Under the pieces are notes generated by a model. That model made no database searches. It saw only the letters and a list, made by a program, of their open reading frames with translations, and was not told the origin of the DNA. Shown here piece after piece: positions 31,031 to 41,257 of a stretch of DNA of 64,000 bases. The DNA lies in contig JANXBH010000005.1 in NCBI GenBank assembly GCA_025060695.1, forward strand, positions 23,276-87,275, given 5' to 3'. Source of the stretch: a candidate division WOR-3 bacterium. Its GTDB lineage: Bacteria > Hydrothermota > Hydrothermia > LBFQ01 > DSFT01. Within the stretch, counting starts at the first letter, position 1; every line of letters starts with the position of its first letter. Both the position numbers and the translations under genes were made by a program.

Positions 31031-34000
31031 ATGTTATATATTCTCACTTTTTTTGAAGTTTTAAAGAATAATCCAGATGAATTTGAATTTTTGTTTGAAA
31101 TACCAGAAGTTTATAATCCTACAATTTACTCTTATAAAATTGCTATTCCTCCAGATGGTTACTACGAAATTTCCTACGAAGTTTTAAATTATTCAAAGTT
31201 AAACTATAGTGATATTTTAAATTTATCGAGCGATAAAGTTTTTGAAGTTAATAGAAAAAATGCGATAGATTTGGAATACATTGAACTAAAAATTAATCCA
31301 TACTATAAAGTAAATGATGAACTATATATTAGAAACAAAATTAAATTCAGAGTAAAGTTCTACTTATCTGAAAGTAAAAAAGTAGGTGATTATTTACCAC
31401 ACCATAGAGAATTTATAAATTTTCCATTTCCTAAAAGTTGGATAAAAAAGAAAGTACTTTCAACTCCTCCAGACTTCTTTTCTATGGCTCAATTTTGGAT
31501 TAAGATAAAAATAAAAGAAAGAGGTGTTTATAAAATATCCGCTGCCGATTTAATAAATTTAGGCATTTTGCAAGAATACTTAACAATAAACAGAATTTCC
31601 TTATTCGCAAAAATTGACACTTTCAATAGTTCGTTAATTTATGCGGATAGTTTAATAAAACAAGTTTCAATTCATGTATATGATGAAAATGGTGATGGTA
31701 TTTTAAATCAAAATGATTATATTTTATTTTTTGGAGAAGGTTCTGAGGGTTTCAGAAACTACAATAATTCAATAGTTTTCTATAGAAATCCATATGATGT
31801 TTATAGTTATTACATACTTGGAATAAACTCAAATATTCCTCCAAAGTTTATGACAATAACCAATTTTAATTATGGTCAAACTATTTACTCAACTGGTATG
31901 TATAGGCATGATAGTGATTTGATTAATACAGGCAAAAAAGGAAGAATTTGGCTTGGTGAGGAAATAAAGTATAGTAATAGCTTTAATTTCAATTTAGAAG
32001 GTATTGTTTCAAATACTGGAAGTTTGACTTTGTCAATAGTAGGTGCTGAGCCATTAGCTCCCAATGAATGCGGAAACGGAAAATTGCAGATTGTACTAAA
32101 TAACCAGGAATTAGACAATAACTTTATAGTTTTTGATGTTCAAAGAACTACAAAAAGCTATAATATTTCAAATTTACAATATTCTAATAATATTTCTATA
32201 AACGTATTATCTTCAAATTGTTCAAATCCAAGATTTTATTTAGACTATTTTGAAGTTAGATATACAAGAAATATACCTGAGGAGGGTAGTGTATATTTCC
32301 AAACTACCGCATCTGCAAGAATTACAAATAATGCTCTTATGGTTTTAGATATTACAAATTTATACGAACCTGTAATTTTAAATAATTTTTCAGATAATGT
32401 AGTGCCTAATAAAATATACTTCATATCAAAAACTTATTTAAAACCGCTAAGTATTGAAATTATAAATATAACTGAAAACTTGTATAGTCTAAGTAATGTT
32501 GAGTATATTATAATAGGACCAAATGATTGGTTTAATTCTATAAATAATTACATTGAATTCAGAAAAAGATATTTTCCAACTATATGTGGCGTAAATTTTT
32601 GTATAGATTCTACGGGTTTTCATAATGTAAAGTATATTTCAATTGAAAATGTATTTGAGCAATTTGGTTTTGGTATGAAAGACCCTGTTGCTATAAGAAA
32701 TTTTCTATATACATTATATAGGAATTCTCAAAATTTACTATATGGCTTATTATTAGGCGATGCAACTTATGATTATAGAAATATTCTTCAAAAAGGTGGA
32801 AATATTCTTCCCGTTTACTACGATTTTAATGAAAGTTTTGATATAAATCTTTCATTTGCCGGTTCATTTGATGACTTTTATTTTGATTTTAGTGGAGATA
32901 GGTATGCGGATATAAACTATGCAAGGTTTCCTGCAAGAGATAAATCAGAAGTTTTTAACTATTTTAAAAAAGTAATAGACTACGAATTAAATAGATTTTT
33001 TTCTGACTGGAAAAATAGATTATTGCTCGTAGCGGATGATTTTTCTAATCCATACCCATGTGAAAGTTCATGGCATTTGCTTCCTTCTGACAATATTCAA
33101 AAATTCTATATACCTAAAAATGTCATAGTTCATCATTTATATATGCACGAATATCCATTAGAAGGTGGAAGAAAACCTACCGCTAATAGAGATTTTATTG
33201 ATAGATTCAATAATGGCTATCTATTAATTAATATATTCTCTCATGGAAATCCCTCTCAAATAGCAAGTGAAATGCTACTTTCACTAATGGACGTTCAAAA
33301 GTTAAATGCATATAATAAGCCTCCATTTGTATTGATTTTAAGTTGCAAAACTAATGTCTTTGATAGATTGGATGGAGATTTAGCAGGACCTAAAGGACTT
33401 GGAGAATATTTAGTTACTTACACTGGTGGAGCTATTGGTGTTCTCTCTTCGACAGCCCTTTCATTTGTAGGAGCTAATGTAGCTTATGCACAGCAAATAT
33501 TTTCTGCATTAAAAACTAATAGACCTTATCCTATGGGATATATATCTAAACTTGGGAAAAATAACTGGTATTATGTTCTCTTTGGTGATCCATCGGTTAT
33601 GATAGGTTATCCAGACACTAATAGTAATTTATCTTTTCCTGATAGTGCCTTCGTAGGTGCTTTATACAAAGGTTCATTTTTGGAAACGAAAAACTATAGT
33701 GTTAGCATTAGCTTAATCCCATCTACAAGGGTGGTGGTAGATGCAACATGTTCTCCACCTCAAAGTTATAATATATTAGAACCTCATAGAATTTTATATA
33801 GAGCCTATATTAATACTGATTCCTTGAAAGTATTTATCCCAAAGGATTTAAATCCAAATAGAAAATTACAACTAAGGGGCGTTTATGCTTATTCTAACAA
33901 GTTTAAGGATTCTATAAGTTTAGGTTTTAAAGCTGAACTAATTGAACAAGATAATGAAGGTCCAAAGTTAAAATTATTGTATTATTTAAAGGAAGTTTTT

Positions 34001-34570
34001 GATAGTTCTAAATTTACACCAAAAGTAAGATTAACTCTATGGGCAAGTGATGAACATGGTATATATTTAAGTCCAGGTTATAGAGATGTAGAAATTTATA
34101 TAGATGACGTGGAGGTTATAAAACTTACCGATAAATTTATCTATGAACCTAATAGTTTTACAACTGGTAGTGCGGATTTTGAATTGGACTTTTCAAATAA
34201 TCAAGGTTGGCATAAATTAACACTTAGAGCATTTGATAACTACAATAACTTTTCTACTAAAGACTACTATCTAAACTTTTCAGACGAAAATATTTCAGTA
34301 TACGATTTACTTGTATATCCAAATCCTTATAAAAAAGGTCCTTTTTATATTACATTTAATTCAAATAGTCAAGCTAACGCCCAATTTAAAATTTACACTT
34401 TAAATAGTAATTTAATATATGCAAGTTCAAGATATACCATAAATCCAGGTTTTAATGTTTTAAAATTAGAGAATCTGGATATAGGAAGTGGTTTATATAT
34501 TTTGGTCTTAGAATTAAAGAAGGAAAACCGAAGTTTAAAAGTAAGGAAAAAATTTGCTGTTGTTAAGTAA
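31031..34570 (+). CDS. PorU-like C25 (gingipain-family) cysteine peptidase with T9SS-type C-terminal domain; candidate T9SS sortase
   Basis: 1179 aa, the size range of PorU. Clan-CD-like dyad context NIFSHGNPSQ (His-Gly) and FVLILSCKTNVFD (Cys). LLLGDATYDYRN block. C-terminus LLVYPNPYKKGPFYITF..FKIYTLNSNLIY..GLYILVLE. Confidence 0.6.
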   Translation: MLYILTFFEVLKNNPDEFEFLFEIPEVYNPTIYSYKIAIPPDGYYEISYEVLNYSKLNYSDILNLSSDKVFEVNRKNAIDLEYIELKINPYYKVNDELYIRNKIKFRVKFYLSESKKVGDYLPHHREFINFPFPKSWIKKKVLSTPPDFFSMAQFWIKIKIKERGVYKISAADLINLGILQEYLTINRISLFAKIDTFNSSLIYADSLIKQVSIHVYDENGDGILNQNDYILFFGEGSEGFRNYNNSIVFYRNPYDVYSYYILGINSNIPPKFMTITNFNYGQTIYSTGMYRHDSDLINTGKKGRIWLGEEIKYSNSFNFNLEGIVSNTGSLTLSIVGAEPLAPNECGNGKLQIVLNNQELDNNFIVFDVQRTTKSYNISNLQYSNNISINVLSSNCSNPRFYLDYFEVRYTRNIPEEGSVYFQTTASARITNNALMVLDITNLYEPVILNNFSDNVVPNKIYFISKTYLKPLSIEIINITENLYSLSNVEYIIIGPNDWFNSINNYIEFRKRYFPTICGVNFCIDSTGFHNVKYISIENVFEQFGFGMKDPVAIRNFLYTLYRNSQNLLYGLLLGDATYDYRNILQKGGNILPVYYDFNESFDINLSFAGSFDDFYFDFSGDRYADINYARFPARDKSEVFNYFKKVIDYELNRFFSDWKNRLLLVADDFSNPYPCESSWHLLPSDNIQKFYIPKNVIVHHLYMHEYPLEGGRKPTANRDFIDRFNNGYLLINIFSHGNPSQIASEMLLSLMDVQKLNAYNKPPFVLILSCKTNVFDRLDGDLAGPKGLGEYLVTYTGGAIGVLSSTALSFVGANVAYAQQIFSALKTNRPYPMGYISKLGKNNWYYVLFGDPSVMIGYPDTNSNLSFPDSAFVGALYKGSFLETKNYSVSISLIPSTRVVVDATCSPPQSYNILEPHRILYRAYINTDSLKVFIPKDLNPNRKLQLRGVYAYSNKFKDSISLGFKAELIEQDNEGPKLKLLYYLKEVFDSSKFTPKVRLTLWASDEHGIYLSPGYRDVEIYIDDVEVIKLTDKFIYEPNSFTTGSADFELDFSNNQGWHKLTLRAFDNYNNFSTKDYYLNFSDENISVYDLLVYPNPYKKGPFYITFNSNSQANAQFKIYTLNSNLIYASSRYTINPGFNVLKLENLDIGSGLYILVLELKKENRSLKVRKKFAVVK

Positions 34571-35735
34571 AATTCAAGTAGCGTCTAAACAAGTACAAGT
34601 ATAAAACCGTACTTAATAAACTAAAACTACTTATACTAAACCACATTAGTACGTGGCTATTTTTATAAATATCTACTATCATACCTCCTATTATAGGACC
34701 TAAAGACCATCCTAAGCCTTGAATAAATCCGAAAAATCCCATATAGCTTCCAAGTTTCTCTTTATCTGATAGAATACTTGCCATGGTTTGACCTGAAGGA
34801 ACTGCAAACATTTCCGCTATGGTTATTATAACTATAGATACTATAAGTCCATAAAAATCTTTCATAAATCCAATTGAGAAGTATCCTATAAAGTAGAAGA
34901 ATGTTCCCAAAATAAGGGCTTTCTTTTGATTAATTCTATCAATATAATTTGAGATAGGGATTTGCAAAAATACCACGAGTATTCCATTTATTGCATACAA
35001 AATACCAAGTTCATTATTATCTATTGAAACGAAATTAGTTGCATAAACTGATAGTGTTGATATCAACTGACTCATAGTTATAAAAAAACCAAGAGAAAAA
35101 GTTGAAAATAGTATAAAAATTTTATTGCTCAATATTTCATTTATAGGAAATTCAAAATTTCTTGAATTTCTATTAGATTTGACATTGGGTATTGTTAGCA
35201 TTAGCATAATTGCGGAGAGTATAGTTGCAAGAAAGGAAATAAAAAATAACAATGAATAGGACTTTGTCGAAATTATTCCCCCAATTGCAGGTCCAAGCGC
35301 CCATCCTAAATTAACTCCAACCCTACTTATACTATAGGCAAAATTTCTTTCCTCTTCTTTACTTAATTGTGCTACAAGTATATCAAGATTTGACATGTTA
35401 ATATTAAAAAACAAGGCATTTAAAATGAGTATAGGGACAAATAATCTATAATCTAAATTGAATGCTATTGTTAGACTAATAAAAAGGAATATAAACGACC
35501 TTACAAAGAATGATACAATGAGAACATGTTTTGAACCAAATTGGTCTGATAATATCCCACCTAAGATTCTTCCAAATATACCAATTAGTCCTGAAATACC
35601 AAGTATTGAACCTATTAGACTCATAGATATGTTCTTGACTTCGTATAAATATATTGATAAAAATGGGAAAGCTACTGAAAATCCAAATGCCATGATTAAG
35701 CGAGCAAAAGCCAAACTTAAAATATCTCTATTCAA
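34563..35735 (-). CDS. MFS transporter
   Basis: 12-TM profile. The GRILGGILSDQFGSKH loop matches the MFS motif A (G-x3-D-R/K-x-G-R-K/R) region. Confidence 0.8.
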   Translation of the reverse strand: MNRDILSLAFARLIMAFGFSVAFPFLSIYLYEVKNISMSLIGSILGISGLIGIFGRILGGILSDQFGSKHVLIVSFFVRSFIFLFISLTIAFNLDYRLFVPILILNALFFNINMSNLDILVAQLSKEEERNFAYSISRVGVNLGWALGPAIGGIISTKSYSLLFFISFLATILSAIMLMLTIPNVKSNRNSRNFEFPINEILSNKIFILFSTFSLGFFITMSQLISTLSVYATNFVSIDNNELGILYAINGILVVFLQIPISNYIDRINQKKALILGTFFYFIGYFSIGFMKDFYGLIVSIVIITIAEMFAVPSGQTMASILSDKEKLGSYMGFFGFIQGLGWSLGPIIGGMIVDIYKNSHVLMWFSISSFSLLSTVLYLYLFRRYLNFT

Positions 35736-35752
35736 GATTATACAATAAGCTT

Positions 35753-35758
35753 TAAAAT
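35753..35758 (+). promoter_or_regulatory. -10-like TAAAAT, 9 nt upstream of the ATG at 35768
   Basis: AGCTTTAAAATTTTAAGGTTATG. Confidence 0.4.
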
Positions 35759-35767
35759 TTTAAGGTT

Positions 35768-36892
35768 ATGTTAATATTAATAATTAGTCAAATAACGAGG
35801 CAGGATACTGCTAAAATGTGGTTTTCAGTAGCAAAAGACTATTTTCAAAAGAACCAATTTCAAAGTGCAATTGAAAATTACAAGAGGGCACTTTCATACG
35901 ATGATAAGTTCTTACCAGCATATTTAGAACTTGCTTTATCATATGTTGCTATTAAACAAGCTGACTCCGCACTAATGGTATATGAAAAAATTACTAAGCT
36001 ATTTCCTGAGAGACCTGAAGGTTATCAAGGTTTAGGCTATATTTATGGATATATAAAAAACGACTATCAAAAGTCTATAGAAAATTATAAAAAAGCTCTT
36101 GAAATAGATCATAATAACGAAACTATAATAAAACTGCTACTTGGTGTATGTGAAAAAGCAAAGGATTACACAACTGCGGAAAGCTTGTACGTAAATTTAT
36201 TAAAAAAATATCCAAATGATAAAAAACTACTTAAATCTTACGTACAAATTCTTGTTAGACTTGAAAGATATAAAGATGTTTCTGACAAGATAGAAGAATT
36301 ATATAGTATTGATAGTAGTGATAAAGAAATTATCGTTTTAGGTTATAGTGTAAATCAAAGACTTCAAAATGAAAATGTTAAGTTGTATAAACCAAGATAT
36401 TTAAAATATCTTGAAAGACTATATAGTTTAGAGCCTAACAATGTTGATTATTTAGATGCTATTGTGAATGAAGCTATAAGTGATAAAAATTATAAAAAAG
36501 CGGTAAACTACCTTGAAAACTATCTGAAAGCAAATGAAAATTCTTCAGTATATTTGAAACTGGGAACAATATATTTTGAATATCTAAAAAATTATTCAAA
36601 GGCTGAAGAACTATTTAATAGGGCTATTTCTTTAGCTCAGCGTGAAGGTCAATCCTTAGTTATAGCTTTTGCTAATGCAAGTCTTGGAGATATTTACTTG
36701 GATAGAGCTCAAAGCTTATTTAACAACGAAAAATATAGTGATGCAATAAAACTATATGATGTCGCAATAAACTACTATACAAAATCACTAAATACTGCAA
36801 CTGGAACTCTAAAGAACTACGTATCAGAACAACTTGAAAGAGCAAGGAAGTATAGACAAACTTCTTGGAGAAGGGCGAATAATATAGAGTAA
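35768..36892 (+). CDS. TPR-repeat protein
   Basis: Multiple 34-aa repeats with the A-x3-Y-x2-A-L pattern (AIENYKRALSYDD, SIENYKKALEID, AEELFNRAISLA). Confidence 0.75.
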   Translation: MLILIISQITRQDTAKMWFSVAKDYFQKNQFQSAIENYKRALSYDDKFLPAYLELALSYVAIKQADSALMVYEKITKLFPERPEGYQGLGYIYGYIKNDYQKSIENYKKALEIDHNNETIIKLLLGVCEKAKDYTTAESLYVNLLKKYPNDKKLLKSYVQILVRLERYKDVSDKIEELYSIDSSDKEIIVLGYSVNQRLQNENVKLYKPRYLKYLERLYSLEPNNVDYLDAIVNEAISDKNYKKAVNYLENYLKANENSSVYLKLGTIYFEYLKNYSKAEELFNRAISLAQREGQSLVIAFANASLGDIYLDRAQSLFNNEKYSDAIKLYDVAINYYTKSLNTATGTLKNYVSEQLERARKYRQTSWRRANNIE

Positions 36893-36894
36893 GC

Positions 36895-37392
36895 TTGAGT
36901 CGGGTTTTAGTATTAAATCAAACTTTTGAACCGTTAAATATTATAAGTATAAAAAGAGCAATAAAGTTAATATTTACATTAAAAGCGGATATAATTTATG
37001 CTAATAGCAAGCTAATAAGAGCGCAAAGTATAGCTATACCTGAGCCAAGTGTTATAAGACTTAAATACTATATTAAGGTAAAGTACAAAGAACCTTCTCT
37101 GTCAAAAAAAAATATAATTTTAAGAGATAGAAGGACATGTCAATATTGTGGAACTCAAAAGGGACCATTTACAGTTGATCATATTACTCCAAAGTCAAGA
37201 GGTGGTAAGGACACTTGGGAAAATTTAGTTTGTGCTTGCATGAAGTGCAATTTAAAAAAGGGAGATATGTTACCAGAGGAAGTAGGTATGAAATTAATTT
37301 CTAAGCCAAGGAAACCCACATATTTTGAACTAAATATTTTAAGAGATAGCATTCCAGATGAAAGATGGAAGGAATTTTTATACTTAAAATAG
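36895..37392 (+). CDS. HNH endonuclease-family protein (small, widely conserved type)
   Basis: CQYCG..VDHITPKSRGGKDTWENLVCACMKCNLKKG is a complete HNH/zinc motif. TTG start 2 nt after the TPR gene stop. Confidence 0.85.
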   Translation: MSRVLVLNQTFEPLNIISIKRAIKLIFTLKADIIYANSKLIRAQSIAIPEPSVIRLKYYIKVKYKEPSLSKKNIILRDRRTCQYCGTQKGPFTVDHITPKSRGGKDTWENLVCACMKCNLKKGDMLPEEVGMKLISKPRKPTYFELNILRDSIPDERWKEFLYLK

Positions 37393-38393
37393 TTGGTGAT
37401 ACGAACTTAATAAGAGTTTCTAAAGACCCAAACTTTGAAATAAATAGCCTTGTAAAGGAATTTTTAAATAAAGGTTATCCATTTACTACGTTTAATTTAA
37501 TAAAAATAGGCAAAATTCAAGATACCATAGTAATTGAATACAGTTTTACTAAAGGTGCGATTTATATAGTAAAATCAATTAAATTTTCAGATTATTACTC
37601 AAAGAAATTTGTCTATCAAAGATTTTTAAATAACTTCAAAAATTCCATTTTAGACTTTCAGAATATTAGCAAAACTATAAATAGTCTTGATAATTTTTAT
37701 AAATTAGAAACTCAACTAACTATAGAAAAGGAGTATTTAGTTCTTAAGAATAAAAAAATACCTTTTGAAGGTTATGGAGGGCTTACGATTTCAGATACTC
37801 AGATAAATGGGAACGTTAGTCTAAGATTTGATTTTTTAAAATTCATCTATAGTAAAAATTTCAAGAACATTGGTCTTGAATTTCCATTTCCTATAAAATT
37901 TCCAAATAATTTCGGTTTTTCCTATTATAGTATTTTAGAAGATAAAAACTTTGAAGTATATGCAAATATTTCTGGATACATTATGGGTTATAGACTTTAT
38001 AACGATAAATTGGGTATTTTTGGAGCTTATAGTAAGCATAGTATTTATTTAAGATTAGATGCGTTGAATTTTTTTTATAAATTATTTTTCAACTATGAAA
38101 ACAAATTTTTAAACTTGCAGTTTTCTATAAACCAAATTGATAAAAATGTAATAGGTGGTTCTCATAGTATTTTGGGTTATCTTGACAATTCCATTATTTG
38201 TAATAACTACTTGTTCTTAACTTTTAGAACGAACTTAAATTTTTTCTTACCAGTTTTTCAAATATATTGGATTGACAAAAGTAAAATGCTGTATTCCTAT
38301 GGATTGGGTATAGGTAATGAAAGTTTTGGTATATATTTTATTATAAATGGTAGGGAAAACAAGCCCTACCTTCACTTTCTAATTAAAAGTTAA
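37365..38393 (+). CDS. hypothetical protein, possible POTRA-like N-terminus plus beta-barrel (Omp85/FhaC-like?)
   Basis: LNKGYPFTTFNLIKIGKIQDTIVIEYSFTKGAIYIVKSIKF resembles a POTRA unit. The remainder is Tyr/Phe/Gly-rich with alternating strands. Weak call. Confidence 0.3.
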   Translation: MEGIFILKIVGDTNLIRVSKDPNFEINSLVKEFLNKGYPFTTFNLIKIGKIQDTIVIEYSFTKGAIYIVKSIKFSDYYSKKFVYQRFLNNFKNSILDFQNISKTINSLDNFYKLETQLTIEKEYLVLKNKKIPFEGYGGLTISDTQINGNVSLRFDFLKFIYSKNFKNIGLEFPFPIKFPNNFGFSYYSILEDKNFEVYANISGYIMGYRLYNDKLGIFGAYSKHSIYLRLDALNFFYKLFFNYENKFLNLQFSINQIDKNVIGGSHSILGYLDNSIICNNYLFLTFRTNLNFFLPVFQIYWIDKSKMLYSYGLGIGNESFGIYFIINGRENKPYLHFLIKS

Positions 38394-39975
38394 TTTCTCT
38401 ATAAATCCAAAATCTTGCTAAAAAGCTTCCAGCATCAGCCTTTGAATAATTTACAATTTGTCCACCGATATTCGTAACGTCTCCTGTTAATAGTCCTACC
38501 TTTTGCAATGCTGCTAAAGAAGTTGGTCTTATCCAGCCATATTTTAATCTATTTCCAGGTATGAAATATCCTATTATAAATCCTAAATCAGCCACTTCTG
38601 CATACCTAAATCTGAGAGACAGGTCAAATTCATAGCCTAAATCTAGTGCATATGCTTGATCTGGCTCTATAGGAAACTTTGTGCTATCTACTGTAATGTA
38701 TTCTTTTTCGGGACCCCAATATTCCCAATAACCAAGAAAGTCAAATCTTGCCTTCAATGAGTGAAAAATTGTGTATGGAACTGCTTCAAGATATACATTT
38801 ATAATTCTGAGATCTGACATTACACTTGCAAATATATCCCTGTATAAGCCGGGTTTCATACCCCAAGTGAATATTTCACCAATACCACTCCACTTACTCC
38901 AATTGCTATTTAATGATAATTCACCTCTTAAAGATGGAGCAAACCAACCTTCATAGACATCGTTTGTATTACCATTGTCACCTTGAAAACTTGTATAACT
39001 AATACCCATTCCAAATGTTTCACTAGCAATATATTTTGCATCAATTGTAAATGCTAACGAGTTAAACCTATAACCTTGACATTCTTGGTTTAAATTAGGA
39101 TCGCAGTTTCTAATAATAGTATATAGCTTATCAGGAAGATCATTGTATACTGGTTTTACCGCATCCCATCTTCCAAACATATAACCTATTTCACCTCTTA
39201 TATTAAACTTTCTAAATGGACCTACATCTATATATAGTCCTGTCCAAAATGGATTAAAACCGGGTGATATAGCTCTGTCTTCAGCAAGTGCCAAAAAGTA
39301 TATGTTAAATGCGTATGGTTGATCTGTTCTTTTTAGTTTTCTTAAGACTATACCATAGTTTTCTAAGTCATATTTTGTGTATATCCAATAGTACCATTTT
39401 GTATTCTCTGTATTTATAGCAACAGGAAAGTAGAACCAATCTTCCTGATTACCTCCTCCCTCTGAAATTTTAGTATATACGAAATCTAAATAAACTTCTT
39501 GATTTTCATTTGGTCTTAGAAATATACCGAATGTATTATATCCTTGCCCATAGAAGTCTGAAAACAGAAGACCTAAACCATAATTTCTTACCATTCTTCC
39601 ACCTGCTATTACTGCTTTTGTCCCAAACGGCCAATTTAGAGTATCTGTCATTACAAAGGCTTCACTTATAAAAGGGAAATTCTTCTTAGAAAATCCAGAC
39701 CACAATCCCCACCAAGTAAGTCCAAGTCCTATAGTAAATATATCATTTACTCTTATACGAGCATTTAGTCTTGCATAACCTGCTTGGAACATTTCGTTTT
39801 CCGCACTCGCAGCAGTAGCTGTTAGATCTGGAATGTGAGAAGTTACATATACATTAGTGGCAAGAACTTCTCCGTAGAACCTTGCATCAATCACATCACC
39901 TTCTCTAAAGAGTTCAACTTGTGCCCAACTTACTGAAAAGAGACTTAAAATAAGAAAAATCTTACGCATCATCAT
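38383..39975 (-). CDS. outer-membrane beta-barrel/porin-like protein
   Basis: Canonical signal peptide MMMRKIFLILSLFSVSWAQ, aromatic-girdle-rich sequence, C-terminal ..IYREINF. Confidence 0.4.
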   Translation of the reverse strand: MMMRKIFLILSLFSVSWAQVELFREGDVIDARFYGEVLATNVYVTSHIPDLTATAASAENEMFQAGYARLNARIRVNDIFTIGLGLTWWGLWSGFSKKNFPFISEAFVMTDTLNWPFGTKAVIAGGRMVRNYGLGLLFSDFYGQGYNTFGIFLRPNENQEVYLDFVYTKISEGGGNQEDWFYFPVAINTENTKWYYWIYTKYDLENYGIVLRKLKRTDQPYAFNIYFLALAEDRAISPGFNPFWTGLYIDVGPFRKFNIRGEIGYMFGRWDAVKPVYNDLPDKLYTIIRNCDPNLNQECQGYRFNSLAFTIDAKYIASETFGMGISYTSFQGDNGNTNDVYEGWFAPSLRGELSLNSNWSKWSGIGEIFTWGMKPGLYRDIFASVMSDLRIINVYLEAVPYTIFHSLKARFDFLGYWEYWGPEKEYITVDSTKFPIEPDQAYALDLGYEFDLSLRFRYAEVADLGFIIGYFIPGNRLKYGWIRPTSLAALQKVGLLTGDVTNIGGQIVNYSKADAGSFLARFWIYREINF

Positions 39976-39987
39976 AGAGTGTCAAAA

Positions 39988-40416
39988 TTATAAAGCATAC
40001 ATTATTAAAGCAATAATTATTCCCCATATGGCTCCTATAAATACTTCCACAGGTGTATGTCCTAAAAGTTCCTTTAATTTCTCATCCGCTTTTCTACCTG
40101 CATATAAATCATCAAGTATTTTATTTAATATCTCTGCTTGTTTTCCTGCTGCTCTTCTTATTCCTGCTGCATCGTACATTACGATAAAACTAAAGAATAA
40201 GCATATTGCAAAAATATTGGAATTAAATCCTTCTTCAATTCCAACAGCTGTTGAAAGTGCCATTACTGATGCAGCATGAGAACTAGGCATTCCACCTGTT
40301 GAGAATATAATCCTAAAATCTATTTTTTTATAATATATGTAATTTATTATAATTTTTAGTACTTGAGCTGATAAGCTACCGACAATAGCAGTTAGAAGAA
40401 CTTTATTCATAACCAA
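39988..40416 (-). CDS. divergent PAP2-family (DUF212) membrane protein
   Basis: GGMPSSHAA, YDAAGIRRAAGKQAE and GHTPVEV blocks are characteristic of this family. Confidence 0.8.
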   Translation of the reverse strand: MVMNKVLLTAIVGSLSAQVLKIIINYIYYKKIDFRIIFSTGGMPSSHAASVMALSTAVGIEEGFNSNIFAICLFFSFIVMYDAAGIRRAAGKQAEILNKILDDLYAGRKADEKLKELLGHTPVEVFIGAIWGIIIALIMYAL

Positions 40417-41206
40417 TTACCAAGAAATCTACAAAATCATATAGAATCCTACCTTCCTCAAAGTTTTCTATTATTAGTATTTGCAATGAATTCTTTAGTT
40501 CATTAATTTTCTCTATGGTAGCTTCATATCCTAGAAATTTCAATACATTAGTTTCCTCATTTTTATTTTTGTCTGCAACGTCATCAACTAACTGAAACAA
40601 TAAACCTATATTTTTACCTATTTCAGAGATAGTTCTTATCTTTTCACCGCCTGATAACATATAGCCTGCAGTAAGACTAGCTTCAATTAATTTTCCTGTC
40701 TTGTAATAGTGTAGTTTTTGAAGATCATTAAAGGTTTTTACATTCTTCTGAATATCAATAACTTGTCCTCCTATCATACCATTACTTAAAAGTGCATCTA
40801 TTATGATTTCCGATATCTTTTTATCTAATCTATTTAGAAATTTGAATGCATATGCAAATAGTGCATCTCCAGTTAAAATAGCTATGCTTTCTGAAAATTT
40901 CTTGTGAACACTTAGTTTATTTCTTCTATAGTCGTCATTATCTAATGCTGGTAAGTCATCATGGACTATAGAAAATGTATGAATTAATTCTATTGCTGAT
41001 GCAAGGTCGTATAGCTTTTCATTCACGTGTTCAATATTCAGTCTATATCCAAGATATGCTAAAAATGGTCTTACTCTCTTCCCACCTTCAAGACTATACC
41101 ACATTGCTTCATGGAGTATAGACGGTTCTTCCCATACTTTTGGTAAATTTTGGTATAAATATTCTTCAAGACTTTTATTAAAATTACTCCAAATTTCTTT
41201 TAACAT
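40403..41206 (-). CDS. ispA: polyprenyl diphosphate synthase (FPP/GGPP synthase type)
   Basis: First DDxxD region HDDLPALDNDDYRR, second FQLVDDVAD, and GKRVRP. Confidence 0.85.
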   Translation of the reverse strand: MLKEIWSNFNKSLEEYLYQNLPKVWEEPSILHEAMWYSLEGGKRVRPFLAYLGYRLNIEHVNEKLYDLASAIELIHTFSIVHDDLPALDNDDYRRNKLSVHKKFSESIAILTGDALFAYAFKFLNRLDKKISEIIIDALLSNGMIGGQVIDIQKNVKTFNDLQKLHYYKTGKLIEASLTAGYMLSGGEKIRTISEIGKNIGLLFQLVDDVADKNKNEETNVLKFLGYEATIEKINELKNSLQILIIENFEEGRILYDFVDFLVIGYE

Positions 41207-41257
41207 TTATATCAAAAGTTTAAAGTATAAGCACAAAAGCCTTAAAATTTTATATAA

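Noticed and set aside
36895-37392. The HNH endonuclease, together with YraN at 44250-44582 and the GIY-YIG-like ORF at 55068-55385, considered as markers of a mobile element, homing endonuclease or defence island.
   Set aside because: There are no flanking repeats, integrase, transposase, methyltransferase or other defence partners. All three are embedded in housekeeping operons with overlapping neighbours. The small HNH and YraN families are widely conserved chromosomal genes.
41207-41257. Leaderless start for ORF 41258 and the ispA promoter.
   Set aside because: I kept these only as weak members of the motif set. The ORF at 41258 starts with TTG (atypical for leaderless initiation), and ispA has the variant TTTAAACT. 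I did not list them as separate promoter features.
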